Positions 32,507 to 43,695 of a DNA stretch of 64,000 bases are shown piece by piece. The notes under the pieces are model-generated. The model was not told the DNA's origin and ran no database searches. It saw only the letters and a list, made by a program, of their open reading frames with translations. Made by a program: the position numbers and the translations under genes. How positions within the stretch are numbered: the first letter of the stretch is position 1; each line of letters begins with the position of its first letter. The DNA is from Takakia lepidozioides (taxonomy: Eukaryota > Plantae > Bryophyta). The stretch covers positions 24,428,001 to 24,492,000 of the forward strand of contig CM060732.1 of the NCBI GenBank assembly GCA_030704615.1. Direction: 5' to 3'.

Positions 32507-34819
32507 GACCTGAGTTTGTAATGAAAAGCAGCCCAAAGGAAGTTGGAAACCCCGGTACTAAAAACAAACGCCCTGAAATGTGCCTGCCTTTGCCCAAACG
32601 TAAGTGCGAGTGTGCTTTCTTAGTTGCGACTTAAGCCTGCAATTGAACATATGCCAGTTCAAATGCGGTCTGCCAGGTCACCAACGACTAGAGTTGCGAA
32701 ACCGCCAACCCTGCTACACTGCCGCCCCCGGCCCAGACCGATTGGGAAAGCATTCATCAACATTCCGAAAGCAAAATCTTCATGAGGATGCTTAACCAAC
32801 AAACATCTCGAACGAGTGAGGTTCACCTCCACTGTATACTGCCTCCTTCAAAATAAATGAAGATATACATTACTGATTTTGAGAACTGAAGAAACTAAAC
32901 ATATGCCGCTTCCCATGTTTGACTGTTTTTGGGGGCTTTCAGGTAGATGGTCACATAAGCACCTGTTCCGAGTGCAAGAGTCGGAATATTATCAAATGGC
33001 TCGAAGGCTATAACCTAGGAAGCCTTAAGAAAAGAAGAGGACAAAAATGCAACCTCACTTTCTCAAACATCACAGACTTTCACTTCATGAAATGCACTCA
33101 ATTCTGATTCTCACCGGCGGCAGCAACTGGATTCCGTTTCGCAACAAAGATCAACCTCATCGATTGCCGCTCCACATGAAGGCCAAGCAACCAAGCTCCA
33201 TATGACACATTTTCTCCACAATACGCATGTAAACAGACACTGCATTATCACAACAGGGACCGTAAGAAGATGAACTTGCAACTGAGCAGAGTACACAATG
33301 ATCTGCAACGGTTCTGAGGACATACCAACACCATTAGCCATAATACTGTCCAACTGAAACAGCCTCCATAGGTACAGTCAGGCACACCTTCCTCTTACGC
33401 GCCAAAACAACATGAGGTTTGAGGAGGAGACAGACGGATGATGATCTGCGGATGAAAAGGCAACTGAGAAAAGAATAGATGGACAATCATGTGTAACCGT
33501 GCATGCACACATATTTCATCTGTCGATGGGATGAACAGCGACAGAACATGAGGATTGAGGATGATAGAGTCGGATGATGGTTGGCGGATGAAAAGACAAT
33601 TGACAGAAGAATGGATGAAACTTCATGTGTAACCGTGCGGACGTTACAGACTTCATCGTTCCATGGGATGCATATCGGCAATCCAAATGGGGCATTGGAA
33701 AAAACAGTTGTTCCCGTATCTACCTTCATTGGAGTCTTTCTTTCACAAAATTCTGGACTTATGCCTCCAGACTTATGCCTCCAAACATGAGGTGATCACA
33801 GTGTCACACGATTATATCCAGGGGTTGTACCATTTTCTGAACCATGGTTCTCACAGTTATGTTCTCAATGGTGATTTCTTATGCTTCAATTTCGGAGCAG
33901 GTCGTGTTGCTGGTAAAATATGTAAATTGTAACCTTGCATGGACATTCTATTCGGTGACACACAAGCCAACCCAACCCCATGCAGACTAAGATTGTCGAA
34001 GTCTTCGCCACTCCCTCTCACATACAAAATAAAAGGCTACAGATGTGAATTGAGTAAGACTACAACAGGTTATGGTCAAAAACCTCAATGCATCTGGCAT
34101 TTTAGGGTTCCCTATTCATACTGCCACTTGCATTCACATTGGGCCATGTACAATGTTGCAAATGCATTCCGTATGGGTTATTGATATCGTGTTGGAATGG
34201 TAGCGTCATATGGTAAATCTGACGTTGTTACACATGAATTGCACAAGACTAGGACAAGCTGGAGTCTGAAAAACCTACGTGCATCTTCAAGTTGGTTGTT
34301 TTCTTCGAACTGTGACGAGCATTCACATTAGCGCTTGTAGAATGTTGAGCGCGACAGGGGGATGACTACGCAGAATGGATGGATGACAAACGGATGAAAA
34401 TGCCATGTGTAACGGTGCAGCCGTTACACAATGCAACCCTCGATGGGATATACATAGGTGTTTTTTCTGCTGGGGGGGGGTTCACGTTTGTCCCACCGAG
34501 ACCTTGTGGAAGAGCAGGTTCAAAAATTGAATATAAGCACAGGGTCATTCTGTGTTTCATGTGATTCATCGTTGTTTTTCTTCACATCATCTCTTTCAAG
34601 ATGGAGTATCTGGAAGTTCTGTTGTTATCTTAGGGTTACCCAAGTCGTCTCCTGTATACATTGTTTTCCTGGTGTTCTTCTAAGATTGTTATAGCTCTTT
34701 GGAGTCATCTTCTTCACACACTATAGTACTGACATTTTCCGAGGAGACTACTCTACCAAGTTGAAGGTTGCAATGGGATTTGGGGCGGGTGTAGCTTTCA
34801 GGCTCCGGAAGATTTATGC

Positions 34820-35353
34820 AGGTTTTGAAGAATTGCCAGCCCACATTCCCCATGAGGTCATCTTGCACCTTCTTGAAAAGGTGCAAACGGAAGAAGGGTA
34901 GGACAAAGTGTGGGTGTACAAAATCCAGGGAGGAGTCAGGACGATGACAGTCCACATGGGCGACCTGAAGTGTTTCTACACAATGGATGAAGAGGAGCAA
35001 GGAGCTGTGGTTTTGTGCCATGTGCTGTTAGGTTTCGTGGACATGCTTGTGTTGAAGACCTGGCACCACACAAGCAGCCGCTATAAAGGGGAGGGTGTTG
35101 TGGATTGGGGGTACCATGTAGATATGGGAGAGGGATGGGTACAAGAGTTTCTGGAACTCATCCCAGAAAGTAAGAGGGGCATAATAGTCGTAGACCCCTC
35201 TAAGGGGTTTTTGGAGGATGAGGTCCGTAGCTATGCAGGACTGAATGGTCAGAGATTGTAAGACTCTCCTATTTTCATTGACGACCTGGTATTGGCTGAA
35301 TTCATTGCACCAGACTCTCGTTTTGTGCCTCCCTATTTCGGGGTTTTTACATG
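34820..35353 (+). pseudogene. Unknown decayed cargo ORF
   Basis: Protein-like frame EELPAHIPHEVILHLLEKV..*..VWVYKIQGG...LNGQRL*DSPIFIDDLVLAEFIAPDSRFVPPYFGVFT* with scattered stops. Confidence 0.35.
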
Positions 35354-35404
35354 AAAGTCGGCTTCAGACATATAGTACATGCATGTTGTAACAATTACTT
35401 CTCT

Positions 35405-36565
35405 CAGAGTTGGTATGAGTTGAAGACTCTTGGTTCAGGCTTTCCTTCATTCCTCTAGAAAGTCCTTCACACATGCATGAATCTGCTGAGTGTAACCCGC
35501 CCAACAATCAGACCCCAACATGGCCAGGGCTTTAGGCTCGGCCTCCAAAAAGTTCGTGAAAGTGGGTGAAAGTTGGTGAATAGAGGTGCAGGGAGAGACT
35601 ATGTTTGAGATGGTACTGAATACTCTAAGACGTTGTTTGCCATAGCGTTGTGGCCATAGACCCCGCATCCATTCTTGGGCAGAAGAAGAGGCGATAGACC
35701 TATCTTCGTGAGGGGTTCAGTCCAGTTGTGGGACTTATGTTGGTATCAAAAATTGGTTCAGGAGATTGTTGTAGCTTTCCTTCATTCCTCTAGAAAGTCC
35801 TTCACACATGCATCAACCTGCTGGGGATGACCTGCCCAACAATCAGACCCCCACATGGCCAGGGTTTTAGACTCAGCCTGGATCGCAGTTTGTTAAACCT
35901 CTTGAAAGTTGGTGAACAAAGGTGCAGGGAGCGGCTATGTTCGACATGGTCCTGAGTACTCATGACACGTTCTTTGCCATAGCGTTGTGGCCATAGACCC
36001 CGCATCCATTCTTGGGCAGAAGAAGAGGCGATAGACCTACCTTCGTGAGGGGTTCAGTCCAGTTGTGGGACTTATGTTGGTATACAAAATTGGTTCAGGA
36101 GATTGTTGTAGCTTTCCTTCCTTCCTCTAGAAAGTCCTTCACACATGCATCAACCTGCTGGGGGTGACCTGCCCAACAATCAGACCCCTACATGGCCATG
36201 GTTTTAGACTCAGCCTAGATCGCGGTTTGTTAAACCTCTTGAAAGTTGGTGAACAGAGGTACAGGGAGCGGCTATGTTTGACATGGTCCTGAGTACTCAT
36301 GACACGTTCTTTGCCACAATGTTGTGGCCATAGACCCCGCATCCATGGTTGGGCAGCAGAAGAGGCGATAGACCTACATTTGTGAGGGGTTAATCCAGTA
36401 CTAGGACTTACGTTGGTATACAAAATTGGTTCAGGAAATTGTTCAGGCTATCCAGATTTCCTACAGAAATCCCTTCGCACAAGCATCCATCTGCAGTACA
36501 CCCCAAGAGGAGCAGGGCTTTAGGCTGAGCCTCCTGATTTTCAATGTTGGTGAACAGAGGTGTCA
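35405..36565 (-). repeat. Tandem array (337-bp period, ~3.5 units) built from the 3' end of the LINE family at 49185-54012
   Basis: GAGTACTCATGACACG at 35954 and 36291 (period 337). Units match 49187-49470 (TGTGGCCA.TGACCCCGC, CCTCTAGAAA.CCCTTCACACA.GCAT, AAAGTTGGT.AACAG). Confidence 0.85.
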
Positions 36566-36769
36566 GGAGTATGGTCCTGAAGAGGGTTGCTCACTGATGA
36601 GAAAACCCCAACACTGAGTGATTCCAACAACTCCCAACATGCGTCATTCACTTTCAACTCCACCTGTTGCACCTACTTCAGAACATATGCAAGTGCATGA
36701 ACCCGTGCAAGTGCAAGTAAGGTGGGAGAACCTTCAAACCATGTGAAAGCAAAATGAAAACCATGAATA

Positions 36770-37672
36770 CCAGGAGTACACATTGGACATGAATACATGG
36801 AAAGATTGCTGTCACAATCTGTTTTTTGGCATTTGCATTGTTCAAGCAAACATCACATGCTTCCAGAATTCCACCCTGAAGGGTCACACAAACGTAGAAA
36901 AGAGGCAAACTATGTGATGCTAGTGAAAGAGGTTCAGGATGCTACTGACCAGTCAACCTCTTTGAAATTCCACTCATAATTATGCACCTGAACCTCTTGC
37001 CTAATCATTCTCTCTTTCCAAACATACACACAAATATCCCACCGAAAGAAGAAGTCTGAGTGATGAAAGTGATTGCTCCCCCAATGCGGCAAGACACGCA
37101 AAAACACCGAGGATGAGTTCTTCTACATATGCATGAAGGAAGCAAACATGACATGCATCACTCCATCCTCAATAGTTAGGCAAATGTCACCAGCCCTGGT
37201 CCAAGGTCTTTCAAGTCTGCAGCCCTTCTGAAGCTTGCGCATGATGGGGGAAGGAAGTTCGTCTAGCAGTTTAATGCAGTCCCAGCCTTCATCCATCCAT
37301 TGAAACAAGGTAAGAATATGAAAACACTCGTTCTCCTTCGAAGGGTCCAGGCCCAAAGCATGTGGCCCCCCACTCTTTGTTAGGAGCACACATGAATCTT
37401 GACTTGAGTACTATGGTGTTAGGCTGTTTTGCAGCTGCATTGTTGGTGTCATCGTAAAAGCCAAGCCAGCCCACTCTACTTGCAGATACTTGTGCTGTAA
37501 GAATGATGTCCCCTGCTGTGGATTTTGACCAATCCACCAACGCTTCCAATCCGGAGATGCGAGTCCCCACGATGCCAGTAATATCTCCTACCAACTCCTT
37601 GTGAGTGTCGACATCAACAAAAGCTTCCTCTTGTAGCCAGGAGCTGCCTACTCCTTTTTGAGTGTCTGACAT
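36770..37672 (-). pseudogene. Unknown decayed intronless cargo gene with a Cys-rich C-terminus
   Basis: ORFs 37289..37672 and 37123..37389 overlap by frameshift. The downstream frame has stops and ends near CKCQKTDC...CPMC. Confidence 0.35.
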
Positions 37673-39267
37673 TGCTAAGTGCGAGAGGCGGAAGTGAGAG
37701 AGGCAGCAAGGCTAGGCAAATAGGTGAAAGAGAGTGCGATGAGGCAATGGGGGATATGAGGAAACTCAACGAGTTTGGGAGTGCTGAATGGCAGTGTCGT
37801 GTGGGGAGAGTATGTGTTTAGTGAGGGTGGAGAACATGACTTTCGGAGGGGGTAAATCATGTGCTGCACGATTTCGGATGGGCACATGCATCTTGAGGAG
37901 CAAAGGGATACTGATTCCACCATCCGCTGAGGTGCGCATTGGTCCACATGTATGGACAACACATGCATGAAGTGGAGGCAATGTCTCTGATTGGTAGCCT
38001 CCACCCACATGATAGTAGGGCGGGAAAAAGTGGCGGGTGCTTCTGAGGGATGCTTCGTTTTGAGTTGGCATTGCCACAGTCAGTATACTCATTTTCGGTG
38101 GGGTGTTTTGTTCACAAACGTGGTTGGGGAGGCATTATATTTATTGCTATCTGAACCCACTGGAGTGGGGGCAATATAGCTGCATTTTATGATGGACATA
38201 AAGCTTAGTCTTCACATTTTAGACATTTTGGGGTCCGAACGAACTTGTGTCCACGTCGTTCCCTGTAACATCACTGGTAGCTCTGTCCTTGCACCTATTC
38301 TCTGCAATCATATAAATAACAACATTCCATGGGCATTGTATTCCTGCCGGTTGTGCATGCTCCCTTTCATGTGGAACACAAGTATGGGTGATCGTTCTTC
38401 AATACCTTATGTATTGGACGCCAGAGAGCATTGGAAAATGTCTTTGAACCCTAAATGCAAGTCCTTTGCTAAGGAAACAATACCAACTTCAAATGAAACA
38501 GTTGTACATGGCCAGCGACTCAAAGTAGGTATTCAACTACAAAGATGCATGTAAATGTGTAAATTTGGAATGCCATCTTCATTTGCAAATGCTTGCCTCA
38601 TGATGGAGAAACTGAGTTCGAGCCCAAACATTTGAAGAAGGTCTCCTAATTCGAAATACCTACTGAACTACAGTGACCCAAACCAAAGATCCAAACTCCC
38701 AGCAAGTTGAACTACATCCCAACTCACATGTAAGAGTTTGATGAGGCTATAAACCGAAAGAGAATGAGCCCTGTATCTGATGCTATTGTTATGATGGTCT
38801 CCAATACTAGAAAGTCGCCTCTTCCAGGCAACAATACGCAGACCTCGGTTTCAACCCCGTTGAGGCGGTTCAGAGTGTGTCCTAAACCGTAAACCTCAAT
38901 GAAAAGCAACATACAAGTCCAGAGGGACAGGTGGAAGGATAGGACACTTATTGAAGGTAAAAAATAGCCACAATATTGGAAGAGCCAATAGCAAGCTCCC
39001 AAATTTTTGGGTAGTTATTGTACAAGTGTCAATATTTAGTGGAGTAGTGTTTTCTAGGATACGACATGTGTTGGAATAGGGTTCTCTAGGGTAGAACATG
39101 TGTTGGGCCTTGACCACTTGCTTGATGGGTTGGCCCGCTTGTCCAAGGCTTAATAATAACTCCTTACTAACTTAACAAACATGACCATTGGTGTGACAAA
39201 TTCATAGACTAGATTAAGAATGAATACCTTGATAGATTAGTGTGGCTTCAGTGCGCCATTGATACCG

Positions 39268-39590
39268 TTTTACGTACTAGAGAATGCACCCCCTAGGGCG
39301 CATTATGGCTCATAGTGAGTCACTAGGGCGAGGCCGGTAGGCCAAGGCCCAAGGACAAACTAGGTGCCATAATGTGCCCTAGGGGGCGTGTTTCGTGCGT
39401 AAAGGAATTTTGGGGCAGATTCTACGAGGCCCGTGATTGGCTGCAGGCCATAATGAGCCGCTAAACAACCGATTAGGAGAGTCAAACTGCCAATTGGGAA
39501 TGCAGAATGCGCCAGCCCCTGGAGCGACAATCTTCTGCTTCCTAATTTGCCTCAAAAAAGGCATAATCTGCCCCCAAAATCCTTTACGAA
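39268..39590. mobile_element. Small non-autonomous hairpin-plus-inverted-repeat element (~325 bp)
   Basis: Hairpin 39268-39403 (arms CCCCCTAGGGCGCATTATGGC / GCCATAATGTGCCCTAGGGGG; apex GGGC-GA-GGCC-GGTA-GGCC-AA-GGCCC). It is followed by ~24-bp inverted repeats CGTAAAGGAATTTTGGGGCAGATT (39398-39421) and AATCTGCCCCCAAAATCCTTTACG (39565-39588). Confidence 0.75.
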
Positions 39591-39984
39591 GTATATTTAA
39601 AATTAAAAAGAAAAAGAAAAAAGGTGGACGCGTTGCCGAAGCAAGCGTAACTTATGGTGTCACTTGACCCAACGAAGTATATACATATTTGAGATCTGGT
39701 TGACACTTGACACCCTCTCTTGGTCCCTTTCTAGAATTGGTGGTGGTGGTGGACGTGCTAAGCCAATCACCACTCTGACTTCCAACAAACATTTTGCCTT
39801 TGTTGCACCCTGCCATCCTACGTGACTCCGGGCCAAAAAATCTTGGTACATAATTGAGACAGACTTTTCACTCAGCTTAACAGGATTAGCATGAATCTCA
39901 TAGCATTGGTATGTCTTTAACTTTGGCATTTACGATATTGTTTAAGACCTGTTTTATAGAATAAGTTCCAGAAAAACCCAATTG

Positions 39985-41700
39985 ACTATTTTTCATGAAT
40001 TTCCAGTAACCAAAAAGCTTGAAATTCAATATCTCCCACGTTGTAGGTCCAAAAATTATGAAACCACCTTGATGCACCCGGCCCTACTCATTGAGGGCTT
40101 TCCAAGGGGATTAAGAACCCGGGCTGAGGCCTTGCGGTTTGCGAGATCTCAACATGACAATCAAACAAACAAAACAAAACAAAACAAACCCTGCTTAATG
40201 TATTACAGACGAAATTACAAGGGGAATAAGTCACTTATGGGAAATTTTGAAGGTAAAAAAAGGAGAGACAATTGGAGCAACCAATAGGGATGCAAGAAAG
40301 GGTGCAGAGCGAAAGATGAAGGCATGTCCAACCAGGTCCAGGCGTCAACTGCACATGGACCTATGCACACCTGGCGTGAACCAGCCTTCTTAGCCAACAA
40401 ATTAGAAAATAAGATAGGGCTGCTGGTTGACATGATGGACCACAGCCAGGCTAATAAACCAAACACACCACACGGATGGACAAACATCAATGTATGAAGC
40501 AAGACGTTTGTTTTGTTTTGTTTTGTTTTGTCACGTTGAGATGTCCCAAACCGCAAGGCCCCAACCTTGGTGCTTGGTACCGTTGGAAAGCCCTCGACGA
40601 GGAGGGGTGCACGGGCTTGGTCTCATGAATTTTGGATCTGTGGTGTGGGAGATGTGGAATTCCAAGTACTTTTGGTCGCTGGAAATTCACAAAAAATAGC
40701 AAAAATGGCAAAGCGGGCATCCCTGGGACAATGGTTGGAGCCTCGACGGGAGAGATATCAAGGGAAAGGGCTCCGGTTCAAATCTGGTTGTAGGCTCTGT
40801 GGAAAAATAACAATTAGACTTAGATGACATTGGACACTTGGGCCAACGGCAAAGGCTACCCTAGAGGTCGCATTTGGGCCTCGACATAGGAGACACATTG
40901 GATACATAGGAAATTGCACTTTGTCTTAGATTTTCAATTCTTCATACATGGGCCAAATGTACACATTATCCTAGAGGTCGCACTTGGGCCTCGACATAGG
41001 AGATGCACTGGGATACATAGAAGATCTTACACTTCGATTTAGATGACACTTGACACTTGGGCCCACGACACATACTACCCTAGAGGTCGCATTTGGGCCT
41101 CGACACTTGGATACATAGAGGATTGCACTTGGACTTAGATGACATTGGACACTTGGGCCAACGGCAAAGGCTACCCTAGAGGTTGCATTTGGGCCTCGAC
41201 ATAGGAGACACAGTTTGATACATAGGGGACTGCAATTGGACTTAGATGACACTGGACACTTGGGCCAACGACAGAGGCTACCCTAGTCAATATATGAAAC
41301 GAGACGTTTGTTTTGTTTTGTTTTGTTTTGTCGTGTTGATATGTCCCAAACTGCGGGGCCCCACCCTTGGTGCTTGGTACCGTTGGAAAGCCCTCGGTGA
41401 GGAGGGGTGCATGGGTTTGGTCTCATGATTTTTGGACCTGCAGTGTGGGAGATGTCGAATTTCAAATACTTTGGGTCACTGGAAATTCGCAAAAAATAGG
41501 AAAGTGGGCTTTCCTGGCACAATGATCGGAGCCTCGATAGGAGAGATATCAAGGGAAAGGTCTCCGGTTCAAATCAGGTCATAGATGCCATGGAAAAAAA
41601 ATGATTAGACCTGGATGACTTAGATGACATTGGACACTTGGGCCACCGGCATAGGCTACCCTAGAGGTCATACTTGGGCCTAGACATAGGAGACGCACTT
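39985..41700. repeat. Composite dispersed-repeat cluster: three copies of a ~200-300 bp (TTTTG)n-containing element (39985-40200 reversed; 40490-40800 and 41290-41600 forward), the forward copies ending in a Pol III A/B-box-like segment, plus ~105-bp tandem units at 40815-41285 and 41615-41700
   Basis: Shared CTTGGTACCGTTGGAAAGCCCTCG..GAGGAGGGGTGCA. B-box-like GGTTCAAATC at 40775 and 41566. Repeated unit TTAGATGACA.TGGACACTTGGGCC...GGCTACCCTAGAGGTCGCATTTGGGCCTCGACA. Confidence 0.85.
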
Positions 41701-41899
41701 GAATTGCCTCCTCTGTTCTGAGCATGCAATCCAGCCCTGACGAACCAGATTGTCGGATTGAACAGAGCTGCATACGTGCATCAATGTCGATACATGTCGA
41801 GTGGTGCCCTTGGTTCACCATACTGAGTGATTTGAAGGCTTGACTGCCTTGTGCTCAAGATGGCAAACAAAGAGAGAAGTCCGCAACGAAGTAAATCCA

Positions 41900-43044
41900 G
41901 AGCCAAACCCATCAATGAAGACGAGTGAGAACCGGGTTGTTCAGTGTGCAAATTAGGGTCATTCGTACTGCAACAACCACAAGAAAATATGTGCTGTGAG
42001 CTCATCATGTCATGATCGTTTGACCTCCTACTGTGTGGGCTCTATTATAACAAACGAAAGAAAGCAAGAAGAAGAATCCTGTCTACTGCTGGTCCAGAGC
42101 CCAAATAGAGAAACATTGCACTTAGAAGAAATAGACAAGCGGGAGGGTTCTTATGTTGTGGACCGCATTGTTTCAAGTGCGTGGAAGTGTTTTAAGTAGC
42201 TTTGGCTAAGTGCAGACTTCAACAGTAAGATTTTGCACCTCTCTCAACACTAAAGTACTTAAGATGGTTGTTCTTTCTATAATAATAGCAAGCGAGAGTG
42301 ATACCTTCAAGCTTTGCCCTGTCTCTTGTTAAAAGATCCAAATGCTTCCAGCTATCTAGAAACAAATGCATGGTATACCCGCGAGCCCTGCCCTTGCCTT
42401 GTTATATTTATCTGGATATTTATTGCAATAGGCCAGTCTATTGAGACCAACTCTTTGGCCGGAAGGCTTTCCTTGAGACAGTACTCTTTTTGACAGCTAG
42501 GGTAATACATTTTTAGTTTCCAATTATGAAAACACTGTTGTCAACTTAAGATTATGTCCACATGGGCGAGCTGCTTTACAGGCCATCAAGAGATTTAGTA
42601 AGAACAGCTACAGTTGCTTCTGCTTTAATGATCAGACAGTCAACAGAGGCTCCAAAGCTGACAGAGCTTACTTTGGATACAATCTATGGTTGAGTTTATT
42701 TTGAGCAGTGATAAAACCTCATGTAAAGGTAGATGTGGTGGCCAAAGCTCGAAGCTCAAACTAGACGATGAAGTTGTAGGCTCCGTCTAAGTTGCGAGCA
42801 TCACCAAGGCATCTACCATGGAAACTGGAACCTTGGAGCGTTTATCACAGTGATGAAGAAGGTCGAAGCGAGTCTGAAGACGGATGGTTTGAGGAAAAAG
42901 GCACACAATTGCAAACTCCAGGTCGTTCAGTGGCGAGTCTGAATTGACAAGCTGCTTCACATCCGAGTTTGAAGACATACTCGTTGTAGCCATGGACAGG
43001 TCTTCCAACATGCTTGTAAGTTGTGGCACTGCAGAGTATTCCAT
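41900..43044 (-). pseudogene. Degenerate protein-coding remnant (possibly LRR/TORNADO1-like)
   Basis: ORF 42787..43044 continues through stops in Leu-rich protein-like segments (WPPHLPLHEVLSLLKINSTIDCI). Family call is weak. Confidence 0.25.
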
Positions 43045-43506
43045 GAGAATGGGCAGAACAACTCACTCACAGATAAATGTAACCCTTCCTGCCAGCAAAG
43101 GGCCAGAAGGCTTAGTTAGCATCAGCAGGCACTGCTTCCTCGTCTCATTGCGGCGGATCCCTCATCTTGGGCCCCATTCCAGGCACAGTTGCTGAAGATT
43201 TCAAGTGCGATTTGGAGATACAATATGCAAAATAGAGAGTGAATTGCTGACTCGAGTCAGTGACTGTGGTCCCACCGCATCTCCCTTGTGTCTTCTCACT
43301 GTAGGGATAAATTGTATTCCACGCCTATAGGTACATAAATATCACATTATAAAAACCCCAAATAAAAAGAAAAAGAAAAAGAAAAACCCACACATTGACA
43401 AAACACAACACCCCCCAAGAAAAAGAAATAGGATTATATGAGTAGGTATTCCCTAATTTGTTTTGCAGAGAAAATCCCCGTGGGTTTTCAAAACAAAGAA
43501 AACAAA

Positions 43507-43695
43507 TCCCCTTAGTTTACCAGCAGTCGGTAGCTGGATAGGGCGCCGAGTGCCACCCAGGTGATTCGGGGTTCAAATCCTGCTACCTTGTTGGGTGTGG
43601 TATGATCTCCTTGGGGTGGTGTCCCACGAGCCTTGTTCGCGGCAAGAGGTTTTTTTTCTCCTAGCTGGCCTGATTTGTGAACGGTCGCTCCCTTT
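43507..43695 (+). mobile_element. tRNA-derived SINE-like element
   Basis: A-box-like TAGCTGGATAGG (43531-43542) and B-box GGTTCAAATCC (43570-43580). GGTAGC/GCTACC pairing. A-rich flanks with a possible AAGAAAA duplication. No full cloverleaf. Confidence 0.5.

Larger units (their letters stand above)
8905..39275. mobile_element. Putative large hairpin-capped cargo element with a MULE/SWIM-like transposase remnant and nested CACTA/LINE insertions
   Basis: Left hairpin is followed by ACGTAAAAACTGCAATG (9033-9049). A degenerate inverted copy, CATTG-ATACC-GTTTTACGT, lies at 39257-39275. The interior holds only transposase remnants, decayed cargo ORFs and nested TEs. Boundaries are inferred. Confidence 0.45.

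Noticed and set aside
40815-41285. CRISPR-like repeat array
   Set aside because: Eukaryotic context, units are ~105-bp degenerate tandem repeats without unique spacers, and there are no cas genes.
43520-43590. Functional tRNA gene
   Set aside because: A and B boxes are present but no complete cloverleaf or anticodon arm could be built, so it is treated as SINE-like. The same applies to 40720-40790 and 41510-41580.
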